64,000 bases of DNA, taken from Chiloscyllium plagiosum. Lineage: Eukaryota. Location: the NCBI RefSeq assembly GCF_004010195.1, contig NC_057720.1, positions 90,351,801-90,415,800 of the forward strand, given 5' to 3'. This document shows, piece by piece, positions 26,010 through 39,890 of this stretch. Position 1 is the first letter of the stretch. Each line of letters starts with the position of its first letter. The position numbers were made by a program, and so were the translations under genes. Under the pieces are notes generated by a model that was given only the letters and a program-made list of their open reading frames with translations, did not search any database and was not told the DNA's origin.

Positions 26010-29000
26010 TAAATTGTCATTTTTCGTTTATCAGTGGAATTTAGGAAATCTCTGTCATTCACGTTTTAACAGATTATGATATGAGGTGAGCTTTTCTGGG
26101 TGTGTTGTTTTAATTAACAGGGGGATTCAACATTGATGTCATCAAATTTGAAGCCTTGCCGTATGGGATTTGAACAGATTTGGGGTACAAAAGGTCCCAG
26201 CAAATCTCAACACCTAGATCTTCAAATAAAACCGGTGAGAAAATTCGTTTAATTTTGCTCATTTTGGTTGGTTAAATTAAAAGTGCGGGAAATGGCTTTT
26301 AACATTACTGAAGAGGTTCACAAATTTGCCAAGGAAGTTTAGAAAGACAGAAGAAGGAATATTTTTAGAATTAGCAAATAGTTTGAATTGGGATTAACCA
26401 GGGAAAAAAAGAAAGCTGAAATTGTAATGGAGTTGGTCAAGCACTTTGGAGTATCAGAGAAACAGACAAGTGCATTAGAGTTAGAAAAAACTTAAATTGC
26501 AAATATGGCGACTGAATTAGAAGGTGAAAAAAGGGACGGAAACAGAGAGAGAACAAAGAGAAAGGGAAAGAGAGGAAAGAGAGATAGAGAATTTGAAATT
26601 TGGAAGTTGGGAATTAGACAAGAAAGTTAAATTGACAGGATAGAGATGAAGGGAGAACATAGGGATGTATTCAGCTATGTTAATACATTGCTATATTTCG
26701 GTGACCAAAATGTCAAAATCTGTTTTTATTTCATTTGGAAAAAAATGGCTTGGCAGATGGTGTGTCCAGTGAACTTGTGGGTAATACTCATTCAGACTAA
26801 GCTGGTGGACACAGCTAGGGAGGTATGGGCGGCGCTGTCAGATGAGGGGTCAAGAGATTATGTAGATGTTAAACCGGCTATTTTGAGTAGTTGTGCATTG
26901 GTACTAGAAGCATATAGACAGAGGTTCAGAAATATAGAGATGGAACCAGGTCAGACATAAGTTGCGTTTGAAAGAATTAAACACAGTTATTTTGATAGTT
27001 GGGTGCTGGCCTTAAAAATGGATACGACTTGTGAGGCTCTAAGGGAGGTTATTCTGCTGGAGGAATTTAAAGACTCACTTCCAGAGATTTTAAGAATTCA
27101 TGTGAATGAACAGAAATTGCAAGAAGTGAGAAGCGTGACAGAAATGGCAGGTAAATATACATTGGCGCATGAGATGAAATTTGGCTTCTGGGAGGACTTT
27201 CATCCTGTGAGGGATAGAAATTGGGAGAAGGGGAGATCCTACACTACAAAACAAATAGTAGAGCACACTGACAATAGTTTACCACAGGTGAAAAAAGAAG
27301 CCCAAAGGGGTTGAAAGGTGGTGAAAGGCCTCAGATGTTCTCACTATAAGGGAGTGAATCAAATAAAATTACAATGTCGATGGTTTAAGAAGGGCACTGG
27401 GAAAAAGGTGTTTTCACTGCAGCAAGCTGGGACACACAGGGCTGGGCTTTGAAGGAAGACACTTTGGAAAAAGATGTGTAGAAGAGGTTCAGCCAGTGGC
27501 ATCAGTGAAACTGGTAAAGGAGACCCCAAGTGGAGCCGAGGAGCTGCAGGAGAGTGTACAGCCGAGGCAGGGGCTGGTTGTGGATTCAGTGCCTGATCTC
27601 TACAAAGAATCTGCCTTTGTGGATGAAATTTACTCAGAAAGAACAGGGGAAGAAGGGCAAGATGTCGTAATTTTGTGAGATCTGGAATCTACTCAGTCTC
27701 TAAATGTTGAGAAGTGGGGCACTGGAAAAGCACAACAGATCAAGCAGCATTTGAAGAGAAGGACAATCGACACATCAGACATAAGCCCATCATCAGGTAC
27801 ATGGCGGGTGGACAAGGGGGCTGAAAGATAAAGAGGAGGGTAGGAGCTGGGCTGATGGGAAGGTCCCTGGTAGTGCAATAGGAAGATGTAGGTGGGAGTG
27901 ATAGTGATATGTCGGAGGGAAGGGTGGAGTAGATAGGTAAGAAGGAAGATGGACAATTAAGACAGTTCAAGAGGTCAGTGGTAAATTCAACGGTTGGATC
28001 TGGGATGAGGTTGGGGGAGGGGAAATTTGTAAATTGGTGAAGTTGATGTTTATGCTGTGTAGTTTGAGGGTTCCAGCTGTCCTACCACCCATCCACTTCA
28101 CCCTCCTCACCAACCTGTCACCATCACCCCCCACCTGCATCTACCTATCGCCTTCCAATCTACTGACCACCCAGCTCCACCCCCATCCTCCTATTTATTT
28201 CTCAACCCCTTCCCTCTCCATTACGCTCCACTTTCCTGATGAAGGACTTGTGCCTGAAATGTCGATTCTCCTGCTACTCGGATCCTGCCTGACATGCTGT
28301 GCGTTTCCAGCCCCACACATTTCAACTCTGATCTCCAGCATCTGCAGTGCTCACTTTCTCTCAGCTTCTAGTAGTAAAAGATGGAAGTATTTTCACTCTT
28401 TCTGACATGTTACTCAAGAAAGAGTGATAATTTGTGGAATGGGGACAGAAATTAAGCATTCCATTGTGAAATATGAGGTTGGAGTGCCAAATCAAGATTG
28501 GGGAAGTAACAGTGAGAGTGAGTGACAGAGTGTCAGTTCCAGGATGACAGTTTGTTCTCTGGAATGATTTAATAGAATCCAAAGTGGGAGTGACACCTCT
28601 TGTGGTGGAGAAGCCAATGGAAGGAACTGGGGAGTTAAAAGAAAAATACCCAGGATATATTTTCGACTCTGTAGTAACTGAATCCCACTGTCATAAGTTA
28701 CAGCAAGAAAGGAAAACTAAAGAAAAAGACAAACGAGCTGATGTTGAGTTAACTGACACCCTGTTTCATGTGACGGTGCAGGAAAAACTTGACCAGACAG
28801 AGGGTCAGGCAGAGGGGTTTAGTCCTGAAAGGATAATGGATTTACAAAAGATGCACACACACACACAGAAAAGGAATCCGAATATATTGTCGAACTTTAT
28901 TAACTTAAAGATAGAATCCTAAAATTAAAATGGAGACCACAACAGGTTAGTGCAGAAGGGAAATGGGCTGAAGTGCACCAGATTGTTTTACCGGTAGCAT

Positions 29001-31588
29001 AGTGTTACGGGTAGTAGGTGAACTACTTGTAGGAGGTTCCCTGGGTGTATGGAAGACTCAGGCTAAGGTACAGAAGCATTTCTAGTGGCCTGGAATGCAG
29101 AAGGACGTGGTTAATTTTTGTTGTACATGTCAATCATGACAAAGGGTAGGGAAGTCACAGGCAATAATAAAATCAGCACCTTTGTTGGCAATCACTGCAT
29201 TCGAAGAACATTACACATGGGTTATGATTAATTGTGTAGCTCCCCTTTTTAAAGTAAAAGTGGAAACCATTATTTGCTGACCATAATGGACGTGTCTGCC
29301 AGATTTCCAGAGGCAATTCCATTAGGGAATGTTAAGGCAAAGAGGGAGATAGAAAAGTTGGTAGCTTTCTTTATTCACTGTGGGCTACACAGAGAGATTC
29401 AGTCAGACCAAGGGTCTTATTGTACCGCTCAGCTGTTTAAGCAATTCATGGACCGAAGTCGGAGATCTCAGACTTGGATTATGTATGTGAGGTGAGGGCG
29501 AGATTAGATGGAGTAGGTGAGTTAGCTAAACAGCACCTGAAGAGGACACAGCATAGAATGAAGCAGGTGGCAGATAAAAACTCTGAAACTTTGACGATTT
29601 CCTGTGGAGATGACGTATTAGTGTTGCCAGCAGTGGTCGTAAATCCCTTCAAAGCCAAGTTTAGTGGCCCCTTTCAAATTAAATAAAAATGTGTCAGTTA
29701 AACTATTTGGTAAAGATGTCAGAAATGACAAAAACGTTATCGAGTATGTCATGTGAATGAATAATGCTCCAGCCACATTTAATACTCAGGAACAGAGTTG
29801 TGGCCAGATGGACAAATTGTGCAGCTTATCTGAATGATGTAGTGATCTCTTGCAAGTGATTGAAAGCTCCCATGTTACAGTTGGCAGAGCATATTGAACG
29901 ATTACAAGAAGCAAACTTGGTAATAAACTTAAAGAAAACAGAATTCACGAAGGCAGAGGTGACATTCTTGGGACATTACATTGGACGTGGAAGGTCGACC
30001 CCATGGAACACAAAGACAAAGGGCTTTGAGGAATTTCCACGACCATCCTCGAAGAAAAATGTGCTTCGATTTTTGGAACTGAGTGGATTCAATCGGAATT
30101 TTGTTCCAAACTTCAGCAGCGTATTGGCACCACTGCTGGATTTATTAAAGAAGAATACAGAATTGTGGTGGGCAGAACAATGTCAGGAGGCATTTGAGAA
30201 TTTTAAAGCAGGATTAATCATCGCACCAGTTTTAGCTGCACCAAATATTTTGAAAACCTTTGAAAATTGTATTTGATGCTAGGGATATAGGGGTCGGAGA
30301 TGTATTGATACAGAAAGATGATGATGGAATTGAATGACCAATTAGCTACTTGTTGCAAAAACTCAACATTCCCCAGAAAAAAAAAAATCTCCATTATTGA
30401 AAAAGAATGATTGAGTTTGGTACTGGCCTGACAATATTTTAATGTTTATATGACCAACAAACTGTTGGAGCTGGTTGTGGAAAACAACGACAAACCTCTC
30501 GCATGTTTTGGAATATTTAAAGACCAGAATATCAAACTATTTCATTGGAGTCTTATGTTACTGACTTTAAACTTACAAAATGTACATGCTGTGGGTCCTA
30601 AAAATGTGATAGCAGATGTGTTATCGTGGATTTAAAGGAAATAATGTAGGTAAGATTTTACTCATTCCAGTGTTATATATGTGTGCAGAATTAATATGAA
30701 TGGTATAACTGAGATTAATACTTCTGTATTTCATAATAATGGGATTAAGAATTAGAGAAAAAGAAATGAACCCATCTTTTCATTCTGATGGTTGTTTTTT
30801 TGCCTGAAGGGGGACGGTGTTATGAAGCCGAAAGCATGTCCGGTTGCTTTAAAACAGAACGGGTTTTGCTGAATAGAAAGTACAGCCACAGATGCCAGCT
30901 AAAGATCAGAGTGTTCCACATGCCACCATTAGCTGGGAAAAGGATACCTGAGTTTTGGTTGCTGTTTTGACAGCAATTCAAATATAACCAGAGTTTAAAT
31001 AACTCTCAGGACACCAGAAGCCAACGGGATTTGAATATTATTGTTTGGACACCTGGTAAGCAATCAAATTATGAGAATTATTGTATCATGGGGAGTATAT
31101 AAACCCAGCATTTTAAACACTAGAAGGAGAGGTACTGCCATCCAACAGCAGAGTAACTGCTGTAGAGCAGGAGTGCTAACTGGCCATCTCAAACACTCTC
31201 TATCAAAGATACATGTTCATTTAAGACCTCCTTGCAGTAAAAAAAAAACAAAAACCAGGGAGATCAGCAGCTGGAAGAATGAACACAGCGGGGAAGATGG
31301 AGACTGTGTGGTCTTGAGGTTGCACTGTTCAATATGTGGGTTGTTGGAACAACATATTTTTATACAGTTGGAGTCAGATAGTAAGTAGTTAAAAAAGAGG
31401 GACTTGTATTTGTGAATAGTTGTTGTTTAGTGTCCCCTATTTAAGTTACGAAATTAATTTGTTATTTTTGTTTAAATATTGGAATTTAGGAGATCTGTGT
31501 CACTCATATTTTAACAGATTACGAGATGAGGCGAGCTTTTCTGGATGTTTGGTTTTAATTAACAGAGGGGTTCGACCCCGCCTTGTAA
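26010..31588 (+). mobile_element. Decayed Gmr1-like Gypsy LTR retrotransposon (gag/SCAN-like, PR, IN, RT, RH)
   Basis: 5' LTR remnant about 26035-26145 matches 31480-31588. Gag EAYRQRFR...EVILLEEFKDSLP; integrase LTIMDVSARFPEAIPL...IQSDQGS at 29274; RT NLVINLKK...VTFLGH at 29860; RNase H to about 30635; polypurine tract 30806-30817; 3' LTR starts TGT at 30818. Confidence 0.88.
27700..28360. mobile_element. Older fold-back Penelope-derived element nested in the Gypsy protease region
   Basis: Same arms as 22144 and 54163 copies; degenerate core cctgatgaaggacttgtgcctgaaatgtcg near 28235. Confidence 0.75.
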
Positions 31589-31589
31589 A

Positions 31590-32752
31590 TTCCATCCACG
31601 CTAACCCCATTTCCCTGCAGTTGGTCTATATCCTTCTAGTCCTTTCCTGTCCACATATTTATCCAAATGCTTTTGAAATGTTGTTAATGTACCCCCTCAA
31701 AAACATCTGCTGGCAGCTCATCCACATCCTCTGTTTGAAGAAGTGGCCCCTCAGGTTCCATTTATTCATTCCCCTTTAACCTTAAACGAATCCCCTCTTG
31801 TCCTCGAATCTCTAAACCTGGGAAAAAGACTGAGAGCATTCACCCTATCTATACTCCTCATGACCTAATACAGCTGTTTAAGGTCCATCCTCTAAAAAAG
31901 GGACCTAGCTTGTCCAACGTCTCCCTATATCTAAGATGATTGGTCCTGGCAATGACCTTGTAAATTTCTTCTGCACTCTTTCTAATTTCATAACACCCTC
32001 CCTATAACAAGGTGACAAAAACTGAACACAATACTCCAAGTGCAGCCTTACCAAAGTCCTGGGTAACTGCAACATAAATTCCCAACTTCTATACTCAATG
32101 TCCTGCTTGATGAAGGCCAGTGTGCTAAAAGCCGTCTTCACTGTCCTGTCTACATGTGACTCCACTCTCAGAGAACCGCACACCTGGACGCCAAGAACTC
32201 TCTGCCCACTATACCCCTTAAGGCCCTCCCATTCACCATGAAACTCCTACCTTGATTTGAGTTTCCAAAATGCAAGACCTCACGCTTGTATATTAAATCC
32301 CATTTGCCATTTCCCAGCCCACTTCCCCACCTGATTAAGGTCCTGCTGCAATTTCTGATAAACGTCCTCACTGATCACGCTACCACTCGTTTTAGTGTCA
32401 TCTGCAAACTTAATAACCATGCCTTGTACATTCTCAACCAAATCATTGATAACAAAAAGCAATGGACCCAAGCTCCAGTCGGACAAGCATCCTTCCACTA
32501 AACCCTCTGCTTCCCCCGTCAAGCAAACTCTGTATCCAATTGGCAATTTCCCCAGCATTCCACGTGATGTAACATTCCAGAGCAGCCTGCCATGTGGAAC
32601 CGTAACAAAGGCCTTACTGAAATCTATAGAGACTATGTCTACCGCTCTGCCCTCGTCAACCTTCTTGGTCACTTCATTAAAGAACTCTAACAAATTTGAG
32701 AAGGATGATCGCCCACTCACAACTCTATGCTGACCAGTCCGAATCAAACCCT
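31590..32752 (-). mobile_element. CR1-type LINE 3' RT fragment
   Basis: NLLEFFNEVTKKVDEGRAVD...DFSKAF...KFADDTK and LEYCVQF on the minus strand. Confidence 0.9.
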
Positions 32753-34009
32753 GTGTAAGTAATGGTTGCAATAAATGGTAAGCTTTCTGTCATTGTAAGA
32801 TAATTCAAGTTCGTAACTAATGCCATCTTCCTGCAGTTGAGGATCCTTTCTGAGAAATCATTTGGGGCACTCTCTACAGATTTGATCTCCTTACCACAGA
32901 CACGGGTGATGGTTTCATGTGGAGACAGAGTGAAGAAGCTGAGTGTTTAATCTGTAGAGCAGTGAGACGAAGAAATGGAGACGCTAAACACGATGAGTGG
33001 CAGCGAACACTTATTCTAAACGAGACATTGAAAGGGTGAGAAATTCCATACATTACCCAGGATTGATTGGTTTGATTTATTGTCACGTGTACCTCAGTAC
33101 AGGGAAACACTTTATTTATGAGCAGTGGAGACAGATCATAGTCAGCATGGCCAGACAGATTATAGGGTGGAAATAGGCTTGGACAGAATATGGCATGCAG
33201 GTTACACTGCACAGGACGTGCACTCGACAAGACCAACAGGAGCAAGAAGCATTATGTGAACTTAGAGAGTCCATTCATCAGTCTAACGTGGCTTTCCTAA
33301 TGGTTCATAAGCCTAAATTAACTCTCCCCATGTTATTGTGCAGTCTGCGTGTGAACCCTTATTGAACATCCGGTTGTTCACAATCCCCAACAGCAGCCAC
33401 AATACCTTCCATCTGAAACAGTTAGCCATTCCCATCCACTTCCTCCCTACAAAGATAACACAAGGCTGGCTTCTCGGAGATAGAAGATGCTTTCTTGAGA
33501 CTTCACACGAGACATATGGCCTCCTAGAAAACACTAGAACTAGAAAACCATGTCAAAGTCCCACGTGGTTATCATGAGCAAAGGAGCCAGGAGGAACAAC
33601 GTGGAGCAATCTGTCTGTGCAGCCTCTGCTCCACTTGGTCATCATGTTAGCGCATCAATTAGGAGACAGTGAGGATTGCCCATGCTGGAGATTGGAGTAG
33701 AAAGTGGATTGCTAGAAAAGCACAGCAGGTCAGGCAGCATCCGAGGATCAGGAGAATCGACATTTTGGGCAGCAGCCATTCATCAGGAATCAGCATCAAT
33801 TACCTCATTCTGTCCCTTTGTAAGTGCGTTGAGGGGGAATGGCCTCCTCCTGTTCCTGTATAAGTGACTTAAGGAGCTGAATGGCCTCATCCTGTTTCTG
33901 TGTAAGAGACTCAAGGGACTGAATGGCTTCTTCCTCGTCCGATTGGACAGGACCAAGGGATTGACTGGTTACCGCTAGTTCCTGTTTAAGAGGTCGATGT
34001 GCTGACAAG

Positions 34010-34649
34010 TGTGATAATGCTGCAGCTTTAAGAGGTTATTTTTGTCGCGGTTTCTTTTCAGAGAGAGATTGAACGATCGTTACCAAACTGGTCAGTTAAG
34101 ACCACTTGAGTAAACAGATAGGGAGGCCTTAGGTTAATTTTAATGCAGCCTGAATGGATGTGGCCAGCTCTCACAGATGAGGATCTCTGGGATTTGGTTT
34201 CTCAGTAACATCAGAAACTATTGGGGTCTCAACAGAGTTGGAAGCTTCAGTGAATTTCTCGTGGCTGCTAATCTCTCTGAATTTTCTCTTGACTCAGTTT
34301 TTAATTCCTGGATTGGAGAAATGTGACATTCTGTGTCTGAATTTTCCTTTTTGCCAAGGGCTGTGTTTATGGGATTTCCCTATATTGGAACAGTTCATGA
34401 GTAATAGTTCCTAGATCTATTATTCTGTTAAGTTTTCCAATAGAATTATGTTATTCTAAATACCTCTTTCTTTGGTTTCATTTTATCTTTCGTGTTTAAA
34501 TAAATGGTATTTCGCTTCGCACCGAGTAGTTTGGCCAGTCACATTGCATCTGGAACAGGCACTTTAAATTTCCTTTAAAATAAGAAAAAAATAGAGTCTC
34601 GGCTACCACCTTCAGATATTTTCGAGGGGCTCTGATGTGGTCCATCACA
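34010..34649 (+). mobile_element. Solo LTR
   Basis: Begins TGTGA and ends TCACA, has an internal AATAAA, resembles 3142-3774 and interrupts a minisatellite; no clear TSD. Confidence 0.7.
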
Positions 34650-36549
34650 CTGCACTCCTTCTCTTCCTGAGTAATAGGCTGGAGGCACTGAATGGGCTGT
34701 CCTTGTTCTTCTCCAATAATGTCAATGGGCTCAATGACTTCCTCATATTCCTGTGAAACCAGCGTGAAGTGCTGAATTAACCCTTATTTTACTGTGGCAA
34801 TGTGCAGTGTCAGGCAGTACTGTTACATGAATGTTACTGACCCTTTAACAACACAAGCCTGAATGGTGTCTGGGTCTTGCTGCACATGGACACAGACTAG
34901 TCCAGGAGCTGACGGGGGAAAAATGTTCTGAACATTGTGGAATCTTCAGTGACTATCCTCACTTCTGATCTTTTGGTGGGGAGGGTGAGGGTGGGGAGAT
35001 ATTGATGAAGCAGCTGCAGGTCTTTGTGAAGAGGAAGCTAACCTGAGGATCTCCCACAGAGGTGACCCAGGACTGAGATGATGAACATCTTCCTTTGACA
35101 CCAAACACTGGACAGTTCACTCTGATTCCCATTAAGTCCAGTTTTGTTCAGCTTCTTGATATCAATAAAAGTCAACTGCCTTCATATCAGGGCCATTCAG
35201 TTTTACCTGAACCCTTGAGTCAACCTCATTTACTCATATCAATAAGCCATGATATAGGAGCAGCAAGTGTTTTCTTCAAACAGGTGGTGTTGAATGGCAA
35301 GATTTCTCTTCTCAAGACTGTTCAGGGAGCTAGATGACTGAACGTCTTTGAAGACGAGGTAGATGGAAATTGACCTGTCAGAGAGTTGAGGGCAACCAAG
35401 AATTGGGTATGAAAGAAGATTTGAGACCAAGAGCAGATCAGTCATGATCTTAGTGAAGGGTTAAGGCAGGCTTCGGGATGAACAGCATGTCCCTGTTTAT
35501 GATGTTCTCACATTCTGTTATTGGAAAGTTAGTGGGTGTTATTTTCATGAATGTTCTGTTATTGAATGTTGCAGTCAGGGAGACCAGAGGATTTTGTGAG
35601 CCATTGCTGGGTGAGGTTTGGGGGCTGTATTCAGTGATTCTGGGTAAACAACAAGACCAACAAATGAAGCACAAGTTGCAGAGAGGGGAAACTCTGTAAA
35701 GAGCGATGAGGGGCCTCTTTCATACCCAGCCTGGGATTTCAAATTACATTTCCAAAATCACCTCAAATTGTGTTGGACAGTCTTGAAGGGCTGAATGGTC
35801 TCCTCTGTTTCTGTGCACCAGGTTATAGCAGTAAGTAGCCTCCAACTGCTCCTGTCTAGTAGGTATGAGGGGCTGAATGGAACACAGAAACTTGGGACTG
35901 AGGAGCAGGAGTGGGTCATTAGACACTTTGACTCTTCTCCATCAGGCACTAAGATTGTGGCTGATCAGGTTGTGGTCTCAGCCCCACTTTCCTGTCTGTG
36001 TTCCATTATGCATGACTCAATTCCCTGTCGAATATTTAACTAACGCAGTTTTCAATCAATGTGAACATAGAGGCACGAGAAACTTCCAGTGAAGAGAATT
36101 CAGACTTGAAAGGTCCATTCAGAATTATTCATCATCCCTCTTATAGAATCAAAGAATCATGCAGAATGGAAACAGGCCCTCTTTCTCTTAACTGTTTATT
36201 ACCCGACACCAGCTCTATAGCAATATACTGTTTCCAGGTCTGCCATCCTCTCATAACCACAGGTGCTTGTAAGCTCTCAGTTCAAAACAGCATTCACCCT
36301 CTCTTAAAGGTACAGTACACGCTTTCAACTTCATCACATTTTACCCTGATGAACATAGATAAGTGGAGTCTATCCGGATTTCTTTTGCTCTGTGGTTTGT
36401 CGATATTTGATCTACTCTGTCTCGTATGTGTCAGGATTTTTGTTGCCATTATTCGACCCCGTCCATGGGAATATATTAGGACATCACTTGCTCACACTCG
36501 TTTGTGTGGGGCAGGATTTCAGTTGTTTCATGGCGACTGTGATGCTATG

Positions 36550-36845
36550 ACAATCTCAATGTTTGCAGATGGCACCAAACCTGGAAGAATTGTAAAGTCT
36601 ATGGAGGACAGTGTGGAACTCCAACAGGACAATCAGACATTCGTGTCGTGTTCAGGTTTATGGCAGATGGGGATCAGTGCAGAGCTGTGAGAGGTGATGC
36701 ACTTTGGTAGGTAAGCCAATGAAAGACAGTTTAAAACAGGCTGTGCCATTATAAAGGGGGTGCAGGAAGAAAGAGCGCTGTGTGTATATGAGCACAGATT
36801 GATGAAGATATCAGGATAAATGAGGAGAGCAGTAACTATCACAGA
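36550..36845 (+). mobile_element. CR1-type RT fragment
   Basis: ISMFADGTKPG...ELQQD...WQM and EVMHFG remnants. Confidence 0.7.
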
Positions 36846-37611
36846 TTAGTTTCAGTTTCTGAGCTGTTTACAGGAGGAGGTGTAGGAGGGAGCCTCCGTG
36901 TTCCCTTCCTGGGAGATGGTGGTGACAATGTGTTGTGAGCCCGCCCTCCTGCTCACCGAGACCGTGGGGATTCCATTTGTACCAGCTCAACACAAAATGG
37001 AGATGGCATCAGGGCCATGGCTTCTAAGTTGTGCGGGGGAAACTGAACTGCCAGTGGATTTAAAGTGAGAATTGCCCTTCACTGAACATTGCTCCTTACT
37101 CGGTCGGTGGGATGTGGATGTTCCAGAATCACCACACGAGGCATCCCAGTCTTCTCCGGCTCCTACCAGGGTCCTCTCCACATGGCGGGGGGAGAGGGGT
37201 TGAGAGGGAACGAATATCGGGCACTCCACCACCCGGCTTAGCCCTTTCTGTCCTATTCCAGGCTGTTTCTCCTAGAATGGGACAAAACGAGGGTGGGTGG
37301 GAGTGGGTGGCCCTGCTGTTAGTGCTGGTGTAGGTGGGGAGGGTGGAGATATGATGAGGGGTCCGGAGGCAGTCAGTCCACAGTATTGTATCCATGCTGT
37401 GTTATTAATGTGAGGGTGTTAAATGGACGGGGTTAGAGAGAGAGAGAGAGACAGAGACCAAGACAGAGACCAAGACAGAGAGAGAGTGGAGAGAGAGAAA
37501 TTGCTGCATGCAGCAGTGACATAGGTGGACCATGAGCCTTGTCCTGGGGTCGGTGCTATAACAGATATACAGTGAGTGTGAGGGAGCAGGGAGAACACAG
37601 AGACCCTTATC

Positions 37612-37835
37612 CTGACAGAGCGGGGAAGGTTATTGATGCTTGTCCTATATTGCTGGGCATTTCTTCAGACTGCAGACACTGAACTGAGCTGGCTGGTGAG
37701 CCCAGACCATGCTCGGTAGGTCTGGTGGTGTGGTCCCCTCTAGGCAGAGAATAGTCCCCCTCTGTACTAGCCCATCCACCAGGACATCTGTGCCCCTGTC
37801 GACAAACCGTGGTGTAATTGCCCCTTATCTGCCAT
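37612..37835 (-). pseudogene. Frameshifted Myb/SANT-like exon, probable Harbinger/PIF ORF2 remnant
   Basis: With two frameshifts the minus strand reads MADKGQL-PRFVDRGTDVLVDGLVQRGTIL...PHHQTYRAWSGLTSQLSSVSAV*RNAQQYRTSINNLPRSVR, fitting the PRF...LV...W......S.....R...Q.R...N.L pattern. Confidence 0.6.
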
Positions 37836-38579
37836 GCTCGGGGTAAACTGTGCAGGGCAGCTCCAAACAGAGAAAGCTCAACCGTGTGCCCATTGGCTTG
37901 TTTAAGATGGCACCAGTGCCAGGGATCACAGAATATCCAGGGACATCTGGGCAACGGTGAGTACCTCCAGCCATGATGGGTGGGAAAATCGAGCTGGTAT
38001 TGAATGAGAGGGATACCATGAGGTTGGGTGGGTAGTTCATGAGGTGAGTTCGATAAGTCAGCACCAGGAGACTAGCTCAGCCTCATACAGACAATCCCTC
38101 TGTGACACTCAATGAAAATGTCACTGAGACATATTATTGTTAGATTCAGCTCAATGAGTGAAAGACTCTGCTGACCCTGCTCCCAGTTACAAAGCTGCAG
38201 AACAAATGTTCATCCAATATTCCCCATCGTCTGAACTCCCACCCATATCCTGTTCGCCCATCATTCCTGGAAACACTGGCTCATGTTACCGGATTCTTTC
38301 ATATTTCATTTCACCATTCTGAAACCTGGGAATGCATCCTTCGATGACATTCTCTCAGTCTCCCCCTCTCTGTCTATTTCTCATACCCCTCCCATTTGTT
38401 ATTGTTTAAACTGATTCCCCCTCCATCTCTCTGCGGCAGTGATGTTCACACCCACAGCACCCCCTTGTCAGGGCACAATGGAGATATGGAGCTGTGAAAT
38501 GGACGGGAGCTGTGCATCCTATCACTGTCAGCATGGACTGCAAGTTTCCCCATGCTGGGCAGTGATCTAACACAGTGTT

Positions 38580-38870
38580 CCTGAACAATGCACTGGGGTG
38601 GGGTACACATTCCTAGATGCTGGGTGGTTAATTGGGCCTGGTTAACAGATCAATGCACCGGGGTGGTGTACACAGTCCTACATACTGGGAGGGTAACTGC
38701 TCCTGGTTTACAGATCAATGCACTGGGCTGGTATACACAGTCCTACACGAGGGGAGGTTAACTGCTCCAGGTTACAAATTGGTGATCACTGCACAGCTCC
38801 CGGTGCTGGACAGATATTTAATCCGGGTTTATCGATCAATGCATGGGTGTGGTCTCCACTGCTTCCCACA
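38580..38870. repeat. ~63-bp minisatellite, about 4 degenerate units
   Basis: Recurring caatgcactgggg...tacacagtcctaca...taactgctcc. Confidence 0.75.
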
Positions 38871-38883
38871 TTGAACAGACGGG

Positions 38884-39080
38884 GGAACACAGCAAGTCAG
38901 GCAGCATCAGGAGGTGTGGAATTTTACATTTCCGGTGTAAACCTTCTTCAGGACTCCTGCAGAAGGGTTACTCCTGAAACGTCGACTACTCCACCTCCTG
39001 ATGCTGCCTGGCTTGCTGTGTTCTTCCAGCCTCCCACCTGTCAACTTTGGATTCCAGCATCTGCAGGTTTTTTTTGTCTC
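38884..39080. mobile_element. Fold-back Penelope-derived element, second subfamily
   Basis: Inverted arms around ccttcttcagg-actc-ctgcagaagggttactcctgaaacgtcg. Confidence 0.7.
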
Positions 39081-39629
39081 TATCCCAGCTTCGCATACTC
39101 GACAGATGGTTTAAAATAAATGCTCTGACATGATCTGTGCAGTGTTCCACTCTGGCCAGATTGCTTGGTTGTACTGAGCAGTGCAATGGATGAATCTGGA
39201 AAGATTTCTGGGTTGTACTGTGCAGGACACTGGCCTGATCTACACAGTCTTCCACGGTGAACAGATATCTCCTCTGGGTTGATTGTGTCTGATCTGGTTC
39301 TGTGAGATGGATTGAGAATGTGGTAAATCTAACCATTTCAGCTGATCTGGTAATGCCTTTAGTTCCCATTCTTGTGACTAGACCATCCGTCTCTCACCCC
39401 ATTAATGTTACAGTGTGCCCAGGTATAGTACATCATGTTGGTGAATACCCATTTTCCTGGCAGCAGGCACAGCCTCTTCATTCAGAAGCAGGCAGCCATT
39501 CCCACTGTCATTGGTTTCTCCACGGAGAAAGGAATGATGGCCTTTCAGATAAAGGCTGTCCCTATGGTACAGGGGTCAAAACATCCTCCCCCTCACCAAG
39601 TCCCACCACCAACCAACCACATCAAAATA

Positions 39630-39890
39630 TCCACGTGTCTGCGTGGGTTTCCTCCGGGTTCTCCGGTTTCCTCCCACAGTCCAAAGATGTGCAGGTCAGG
39701 TGAATTGGCCATGCTAAATTGCCCGTAGTATTAGGTAAGGGGTAAATGTAGGGGTATGGGTGGGTTGCGCTTCGGCGGGGCGGTGTGGACTTGTTGGGCC
39801 GAAGGGCCTGTTTCCACACTGTAAGTAATCTAATCTAATCTAATCTAATCTAATCTAATCTAATCTAATCTAATCTAATCTAATCTAATC
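39630..39890 (+). mobile_element. 5'-truncated HE1-like SINE with (CTAAT)n tail
   Basis: Body matches 59700-59930; near-identical tail at 21445-21560; about 12 CTAAT units at 39826-39890. Confidence 0.85.

Noticed and set aside
36349-36480. Hydrophobic stretch SGFLLLCGLSIFDLLCLVC resembling GPCR TM2, as possible exon 2
   Set aside because: No TM1 continuation, no TM3 DRY-like motif and no further helices; the 209-aa ORF runs into a CR1 fragment.
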